Shown here piece after piece: positions 54,715 through 64,000 of a stretch of 64,000 nt of DNA. The DNA is from Eledone cirrhosa (lineage: Eukaryota): the NCBI GenBank assembly GCA_964016885.1, contig OZ024742.1:248248001-248312000 (forward strand), read 5' to 3'. How positions within the stretch are numbered: position 1 is the first letter of the stretch; the number at the start of each line of letters is the position of its first letter. The notes beneath the pieces were generated by a model that did no database searches, was not told where the DNA came from, and saw nothing but the letters and a program-made list of their open reading frames with translations. The position numbers were made by a program, and so were the translations under genes.

Positions 54715-54814
54715 TGTGTATGTGTGTGTGTGTGAGAGAATGTGTGTGTGTATGTGTGTGTGTGTGTGTGTATGTCTCTTTGTATGTTAATGTACGCGTG
54801 TGTATGTGTGTGTG

Positions 54815-54846
<32 letters not shown>

Positions 54847-55021
54847 AGAGAGAATGTGTGTGTGTGTGTGTGTGTGGGTGGATCAGTGTTTATTTCTGGT
54901 AAAATGGTGTACATTATTCGATATTTTCAGTAAAATCGATTCTCTCAATAGAACATCAAAAACCTTAATAATAAAAGGTGTGAAATTATATATAGTATTG
55001 GCATAATACCAAGGTGTGTGT

Positions 55022-55290
55022 GAGTGTGTCCAGATTGTACGTACTGCAAGGGGGATCCATTAGGCCTTGCCGTATTGGAATACCTGTGCACAAATATGTA
55101 TCTGGAGTGTGTTCAGAAATTGTATACCTGTGCACAAATTGTATACCTGTGCACATATGTATCTGGAGTGTGTGCAGAAATTGTATACCTGTGCACAAAT
55201 ATGTATCTGGAGTGTGTCCAGATTGTACGTACTGCAAGGGGAATTCATTAGGCCTTGCCGTATTGGAATACCTGTGCACAAATATGTATG
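55022..55290. repeat. Nested tandem repeat (about 80-bp, 41-bp and 19-bp units sharing ATACCTGTGCACAAAT)
   Basis: Direct inspection. Confidence 0.85.
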
Positions 55291-55306
55291 TGCCCATGAG
55301 TGTGCA

Positions 55307-55673
55307 ATGCATGTGTGCGTTTATATATTTGTGTGTGTCGGCACGTTTATATCTATAGACATCAAAAGGTATGCAAATTTGTGTATATTTGTGTTGCACC
55401 ATAGAACATGTGTGTTTACGTATGTCATTGTGTTTATGTGTGGGTAGAGATGTATGCTGATGTAGGTATGTATGTTGACGTGTGTATATATATATATATA
55501 CACACGTAAACATACATACCTACATCAGCATACATCTCTACCCACACATAAACACAATGACATACGTAAACACACATGTTCTATGGTGCAACACAAATAT
55601 ACACAAATTTGCATACCTTTTGATATCTATAGATATAAACGGGCCGACACACACACATATATAAACGCACACA

Positions 55674-55678
<5 letters not shown>
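55307..55678. repeat. Palindrome, 178-bp arms centred on (TA)8
   Basis: 55307-55484 vs 55501-55678, about 4 mismatches. Confidence 0.92.
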
Positions 55679-56500
<822 letters not shown>

Positions 56501-56833
56501 ATATATATATATATATGGAGGGGTGTATGTGTGTGTGTACCTGTGCTTGTACCTGTGTCTCTGCGTGTTTCCATGTATGTATATATATAACTTTGATAAA
56601 TTGTATACGTTTCGCCCAGTATTGAACAAGGCGATGTCTAACACATATGCAAACACCTGTACGTGTATACATCTATACCTCATACATCTATACCTCATAC
56701 ATGCAAACATCTATACGCACACACATATATACAACTATATATACATATCATCCAATATACCGACCTATCCATTAAAATATACATTACTAATCCACGTGGC
56801 CCACACCATCCCTATCTATGTTAATACATACAA

Positions 56834-56887
<54 letters not shown>

Positions 56888-56896
56888 ATATATATG

Positions 56897-56986
<90 letters not shown>

Positions 56987-57356
56987 TGTGTGTGTTTGTA
57001 TGTGCGTGTGTGTAGTGTGTGTGTTACGGTGACTGTACATATATATACATATATGTATATATGTATATATGTATATATGTATACATTTAGAAATCTTTAT
57101 ACTTTAATCTATATATTGCAATCAGTATCACTTAATTCTCACCTTTCTCCAGGCTGTTTTGTTCTTATAATGGAGTTATTTTTTCATGTGTTTGTCTTTT
57201 CAATGATTTTTCACTATGAAAAGATCTTCAACTTCTCAGAAAAACGGCCATATTTATTTTGGGAATTAAGACTTGAGACGCCTGGTTTATCACTTTAAGT
57301 AACTTATCTTATCTTATCTTGCCATTCATTTACTCTATTCTCTGCTCTATTATATA

Positions 57357-58400
57357 TCTTCTTCTTCTTCTTCTTCTTCTTCTTCTTCTTCTTCTTCTTC
57401 TTCTTCTTCTTCTTCTTCTTCTTCTTCTTCTTCTTCTTCTTCTTCTTCTTCTTCTTCTTCTTCTTCTTCTTCTTCTTCTTCTTCTTCTTCCTGAGAGCGT
57501 CGTGGGGGCAGAGTCCTCAAACACCCCTTCCAGTGGTTTCTGTCAGATGCAATAATCTCTAGCTGAATCACCAAGTGAGACCAACCAAGCTCTTGATTCG
57601 CCCTTAAATTCTGTCCGGTGATTCTTTTCTGAGACCTTGTAAACACATGCTCGTTGTATATTTCATCACTAAATTCGGAGAAGTAGTGGCTCAACCTTGA
57701 GTGACTCTCTGATCTCGGAGCTACGCACTGCATCGAGTAATGTAGCTCCAAGGACCCTTCGGACGAAACCGATTTCGGCCGCTTGTATTCGTGATCGTAT
57801 TCCTTCGGTCTTTGCACAATATTTCAATATTTATGAACATGGGTAAAAGTTGGTATAAATATAGAATGGACGACAACGAGATTGGTTTTGACATCTGCTT
57901 CGCTTCTGCAGCTGGGTTATTACTGCAATGATTTAAGCCTTCGCTCTTCCCTCTCTCGTGAACATGGTGTAGGCGTCCTTGAGAGAAAGTCCAAGATTAA
58001 CTTCTGTTGAGTTAATTAATATCATGTGGTTTGAAATCTCCAGTCGATTTATTTTATAGCTACCAGTCTTAATACCACTTAATACCCAGCAGCACACGTC
58101 GATCCTATTCGCGAAAATAATGAACAGGAGATGTCACAGTATGCACACTTGGCAGAGTCAGACTCCAACATTGGATGGCTTTGATTTAATGCAATTTGTC
58201 CGAACACAAATATTTGAACAGAAAAAGTCAGGGAATCAAGACACTTACCACCGACCCCATTCTCCTCCAGAACTTTCCACAGCATCGCCCGATGTACGCA
58301 GTCATATGCGTTTTCGAGGTCTATAAAACGAGGCAATGACCCCAACATTTCCCGAAAACCTGCCGCAGTGTAAATATTTGAAGGTGAAATCCTCACTGTT
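57357..58400 (-). mobile_element. Decayed RTE-clade LINE with (GAA)n tail
   Basis: FIDLENAYDCVHRAMLWKVL..NGV.G (RT) and LGWSHL...IASDRNHW...LPPR C-terminus running into (GAA)n at 57357-57490. Confidence 0.8.
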
Positions 58401-58719
58401 CATCAGTTATCTTGGACTCGACAGTCTCCCAACATCCCTTACTACTCACTTAGCATAGACTTTACCAGGGATGCTTAACATGGAATAGAAGTCGAAAAGG
58501 AGGAAGAAGGGAAGGAAGGAGATAAGAAAGAAAATAAAGAAATAAATGAAAGAAAGAAGGAATAAATGGGGGACAGATAGAAAGGTTAAGGGACACCAAA
58601 ATAAGAAAGCCGAGAAGGAGGAAAGAAAGAAAAAACATAATAAATAAACAGTGATTAGACTCCGGAGATAATTTGTTCATATTAATCGTTAATTTGAAGA
58701 ATTTAAAACTACTACAAAA

Positions 58720-59625
58720 TCGGAATAATGGTTAGTTTAAAAAATAATGGTTAGCTAAATAAATAATGGTTAGATAAAGATCAGTTAACAGATCAGCTAA
58801 CGGGATGTTTAGTTAATGAAATGATGGTTAGCTAAGATAATAATTGAGGCGTAGTGTAATGGAATGATGATGAACTTAAAGAATAATGGAGCACTAACGG
58901 TAGCTAATGGAATGATAATATAACGGAATGGTAACTTAACGGAATAGTGAGGTAACAAAATGGTTAGCTAACGGAATGGCAATGTAATGGTCAGGTAACA
59001 GAATGATGAGCTAACGAAGCGGATAGCTAATGGAATGGTAATGTATTGGTGAGGTAACGCAATGGTAATATAAGGGAATGTTGAGCTAACGCAATGGAGC
59101 GGTAATATAAGGGAATGTGATCTAACAGAATGGTTAGCTAATGGAATGGTTCTCTAAGAGAATGGTTAGAAAATGGATTGGTAATACCACGGAATGGTGA
59201 TCTAAGAGAATGTTTAGCTAACGGACTTGTAATATAACGGAATGTTGATATAACAGAATGGCTAGCTAATGGAATAGTGATATAACGGAATGGTGAGCTA
59301 AGAAAATGACTAGCTAATGGAATGGTAATATAAAGCAATGGTGAGCTAACAAAATGGCTAGCTAATAGAATGGTATACCACGGAATGGTGATCTAAGAGA
59401 ATGTTTAGCTAACGGACTGGTAATATAACGGTATGTTGATATAACAGAATGGCTAGCTAATGGAATATAACGGAATGTTGATATAACAGAATGTTTTGCT
59501 AACGGTAATATAACGGAAAGGCTAGCTAACAGAATGATAACTTAAGGCAATGGTGAGGTAACGGTATGTTAAACAAAAGGAATGAAAGTAGGTTACCGGA
59601 ATGGTAAAGTAATGGAATAATAGGT
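58720..59625. repeat. Degenerate about 16-bp minisatellite (TAACGGAATGGTNANN)
   Basis: Repeated taac/tgaatgg units; younger duplicated block 59179-59275 vs 59369-59465. Confidence 0.9.
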
Positions 59626-59943
59626 TAATAGTAGGCTTATAAATAGAAATATTTCCTACCCCACTTACCTCTCCTGAAAATACATTCTATCATTTAATGT
59701 TATCATATAGGGGTCCGGATGATGGATCTTTGAAAGAGGAAAATTAGTAAAATCTGAATTTGTAATTGGTAACAACTAATAGACGAAGGTGATAACCTTG
59801 ATGACAATGATGTTGATGATGGATGTGATGATGGTGATTATGATGATAAAGATGAAAAGGATGATGGTGACAATGATATGAAGGCTATGATGATAGTTGT
59901 GATAAGAAAAAATACTAACTACTACTACTACTACTACTACTAT

Positions 59944-59980
<37 letters not shown>

Positions 59981-59999
59981 GATGCTGTTGCTGCTGCTG

Positions 60000-60053
<54 letters not shown>

Positions 60054-60439
60054 TTGCTGCTACTACTACCATTAGAGCGATTTACATTTTCTTTTAAATG
60101 GAGTGAGTGACAAAGAGAGGCAAGAGAGAGCGGGTGAGAGAGTGTGTGTATACATTGAGAGACAGTGAGATAGATAGGTTGGGATGGGAAGCGGGCTAAT
60201 ACGGGATAATCTGTGAGAAGTCTTTGAAAGAATGGTGGGTATTGTATTTAAAACATCCCAGTTTATTCACAAGATGGCGCTGTAGGATATTGCAAATAGC
60301 AATAGACTAATGTTAATAAGAACAACAAAAGGATCAACAAAAATAATAAAAACAACAATAACAATACGAATGATATATTTATTTATTTATTCAGTATTGT
60401 TATTTATTGATGATGATGGTGGTGAGGATGAGGATGATT

Positions 60440-60487
<48 letters not shown>

Positions 60488-60547
60488 ACAAAGATCGTCA
60501 TAATAATCGTATTCATTATCATCATCGCAAAATAATAATAATAATAA

Positions 60548-60578
<31 letters not shown>

Positions 60579-61316
60579 GAGAAGTAGAAGAAGAAGAAGA
60601 AGAAGAAGAAGAAGAAGAAGAAGAAGAAGAAGAAGAAGAAGAAGAAGAAGAAGAAGAAGAAGAAATGATAGAAAGATAGAATGGGTGAAAGATAGAAATA
60701 AAAAAATACGAAGATAAAGAGAAGGTGAGAAAGTCACTAAAAAGGATGTAAAAGGATAAATTGAAAAGGCATGTAATAGCGTCAACGACGGCGAATAAAG
60801 AAAGTTAGTGTTGGTGATGTGAACATAGAATGGTGGTAGAGCTGTGGGTATTGGTGTGGCTGTGAAAGAAGAAAATCTGAATATTTGAAGAAAAAGTATC
60901 TGGCGGGAAAAAAAAAGAAATTTTGTAAGAATATGTAAAGAAATTGTACGTGACCTTACACCTGATGAAGAGATCAATGACTTAGCAAAGTCATTGATTA
61001 TCAACAGTGCTACTTTGGCTGAAAAATCACGTTGTCTTAGAGTGCTGAATAAAAAGGGGTTTAATTTAAAGTCCGTATCTTGTTTCAATGTGGTCACAAT
61101 TGGTTTCATTGCGAAAAACCTATTGAATTCGTTATTGTATTGAAATCAAGACTTCTGCACAAACTACCAAATTTTAAGAAGCTTTATATTTGCGATGTAG
61201 AAATATACACAGGAAAATGTAAAAATATATTCTCTTCACTCATTACTTTTTTTCTTTATGTTTTATAAGTCTTAACTTTCACTCCCTGACCAAATACCTG
61301 TATGAATATTTGTTTA

Positions 61317-61523
<207 letters not shown>

Positions 61524-61524
61524 A

Positions 61525-61627
<103 letters not shown>

Positions 61628-61632
61628 CTTCA

Positions 61633-61936
61633 AAATATTAATAAATATAGACATTCATGTGATCAAATATATTTTATTATACATATTTCAGAGGTACTGA
61701 CCTATTTCAACAGTACGGCCTGATCAGATAAAATCAGTTGATGCCTGACATACCTTGACTATGTTGATGGTTATAATTCAGCCATCACTGAATTATAACC
61801 ATCAACATAGTCAAGGTATGTCAGGCATCAACTGATTTTATCTGATCAGGCCGTACTGTTGAAATAGGTCAGTACCTCTAAAATATGTATAATAAAATAT
61901 ATTTGATCGCATGAATGTCTATATTTATTAATATTT
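61633..61936. repeat. Head-to-head palindrome (family L), 149-bp arms, 6-nt spacer
   Basis: 61633-61781 vs 61788-61936, 2 mismatches seen; adjacent to a long (TA)n. Confidence 0.92.
61671..61734 (-). ncRNA. Hammerhead-like motif (core CTGATCA); mirror copy 61835-61898 (+)
   Basis: attttat CTGATCA ggccGTACTG-loop-CAGTACctct GAAA TATGTA TA ataaaat. Confidence 0.65.
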
Positions 61937-62489
61937 ACTCAGATATAGAATCAGTGTTTCTGTATTGGTGCTTCAACAACTATTCTAAAGGTTCGATTAT
62001 AACTCCAGGGATATTCTACCAATGAATCTTTGCATATTCCTTGAATATGTTGCTACAGAGCATAGCCACTACCCTGCGTACAATCAACATTCACTTTCGA
62101 GCATTAATGCTGGGAATTCACCGGCTCCATAAACATATCTTGCACTGTTACATGAAAGAATAACATCATGTCTGACTCCATACTCAAAACAATACTCCAC
62201 GGTAACTTCTTATATTTAGCTCTCCTCGAGCCAATTTTCTACACTATCACTGAAGCAACAATAGTTATTCAAAGATATGAATATGGAGGAACATACAGAT
62301 CGTTGACTCTATTTACCCCCAACATCCATAGTAGTTTCTGCTACTCTGGTCTCACTTTTTCCTCTAATGCCAATTACTTCTGTGATAGCTTTCCTTTTTG
62401 ATACGGTGAATTCATCTGTCATTTTTTGCTAAGTATGACTGATTATTGAAACCTGATGCGTGCAGTCACTGTCATCTAATATATATAAT

Positions 62490-62790
62490 ATTAAGGATAC
62501 TATTTATAGCTATGTATATTTTAAACTATAAACAACTATAAACAGGGAAGGTCAGTAATTTATTACTACCTTATTACCAGTAAGATAAATAGCTCAATGT
62601 AAGAACATCAGTTGTTTTACAGAGCAGTAATATTGAATTCAGGAATCAAAGCTATGTTCAAAACATTTATCCGCTAACAATTGTTTCTTCCAAACCTAGG
62701 TTTGGAGTCTGCGGAGCATTTTTAATGGTTGTACATATATAATTTACCTCCTACTCAACGTAAGAGACTACAGATACATATATATATAGT
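62490..62790 (-). mobile_element. pLTR family M copy; hammerhead-like motif 62673-62717
   Basis: gct CCGCAGA cTCCAAACC-ta-GGTTTGGAa GAAA CAATTG TT agc. Confidence 0.75.
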
Positions 62791-63281
62791 GATGTACAGT
62801 GTGGAGTTGATGCGACATATATTATATTATACTATATTTGTACAGTAATTCAAATTAAGATTAAAATCAAAATTGAAAAACAAGATTAAAAGCATAGTTT
62901 GGAATAGATGCGACAGATATTATAGATAATACAGGAGAATAGTCTAATAATCAAATTAAATAGATAGTATATGCGTTAGTCATATATAGAGGGATGGAAC
63001 AAGCAAGTGTATGATGCATATATGAGTACTGTGTGGCAAGGCATTACATGAAATACAAGCACTTTAAGCGGGTATGTAAGTGTATTATGGTGGTTGCAGT
63101 GTGAGGATATGTTCTGCATAGTTCAAATTTGTATGTGTGCAGAAAAAGGAAGTTATAGTTTTCACATCCATCACTATTTTCACATCTAGAACAAGGCAGT
63201 TACAGTTTTCACATCCATCACATAAGTTAGACCATTAAAATTCATAGCTAAATGGTTTCAAATGTTTATTCGTAAATACAA

Positions 63282-63372
<91 letters not shown>

Positions 63373-63874
63373 CATGTGTGTGTGTGTGTGTATGTATACA
63401 TATGTACATTTATATACACATACATACATGTATAAACTCATACATTCCGTTCCCCCCTATCTCTCTCTCTTCATATTTATCTATATTTATCTATACATGT
63501 GTACGTGTGCCTGTATTTTTATATACACACATATACATACAAAATCAGACACATACAGACACACACGCGCACACACACACATTAATATATATATATATAT
63601 TTATATATATATATACATTTATATGTACATACACATGTATGTATACATGTAATTTGCATCTGTGCGTATTTTCATTTATCTCCAATGAGATTGGATAACA
63701 TTTATGTGCATGTAATGACCTGACAGCCATATAAACTGTTATATTCCTCACCCGTAAAACTAAACTCCAGGAATTTCAACAAATTATTTCTGGAATCAGA
63801 AAATTATTTCCTATAAATCCACAGAACTGCAGTAAATGTTATTGGCCAATAAATACCATTTGTAAACGATCGCC

Positions 63875-63944
<70 letters not shown>

Positions 63945-63961
63945 TTATAATAATAATAATA

Positions 63962-63993
<32 letters not shown>

Positions 63994-64000
63994 AATATTA

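Noticed and set aside
60958-61015. CTGATGA followed by an 11-bp hairpin
   Set aside because: No GAAA and no convincing stems I/III.

Overview
AT-rich, microsatellite-saturated eukaryotic non-coding DNA. The SINE and repeat make-up resembles octopus/cephalopod DNA (inferred from recalled repeat motifs; no search was run). No host protein-coding gene is supported, and nearly all ORF-track entries are microsatellite translations. Recognisable content: three decayed Penelope-like retroelements (PLEs, RT plus C-terminal GIY-YIG; 4.2-5.8, 25.1-26.6, 29.0-31.5 kb); a (TAA)n-associated pile-up of R4/Dong-like RLE LINEs, L1/Tx1-like LINE ends and tRNA-derived SINEs (40-46 kb); RTE, CR1-like and Gypsy remnants; a hAT MITE; a probable non-autonomous Helitron; and a 16-bp minisatellite. 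The main hidden signal is in the short 'unique' islands between (TA)n tracts. Most are pseudo-LTR fragments of at least a dozen different PLE-like families. They form inverted pairs and carry more than 20 minimal type I hammerhead ribozyme motifs (CUGANGA...GAAA, usually palindromic stem III, NUH), found by eye. The insertions share a geometry: one arm ends at a distal 3' site and the other at a proximal site about 55-100 nt upstream. There are also tail-to-tail fold-backs across (TA)n and a 22-nt 3' terminus reiterated four times. All structures were read manually, so coordinates may be off by a few bases and no ribozyme activity is demonstrated.
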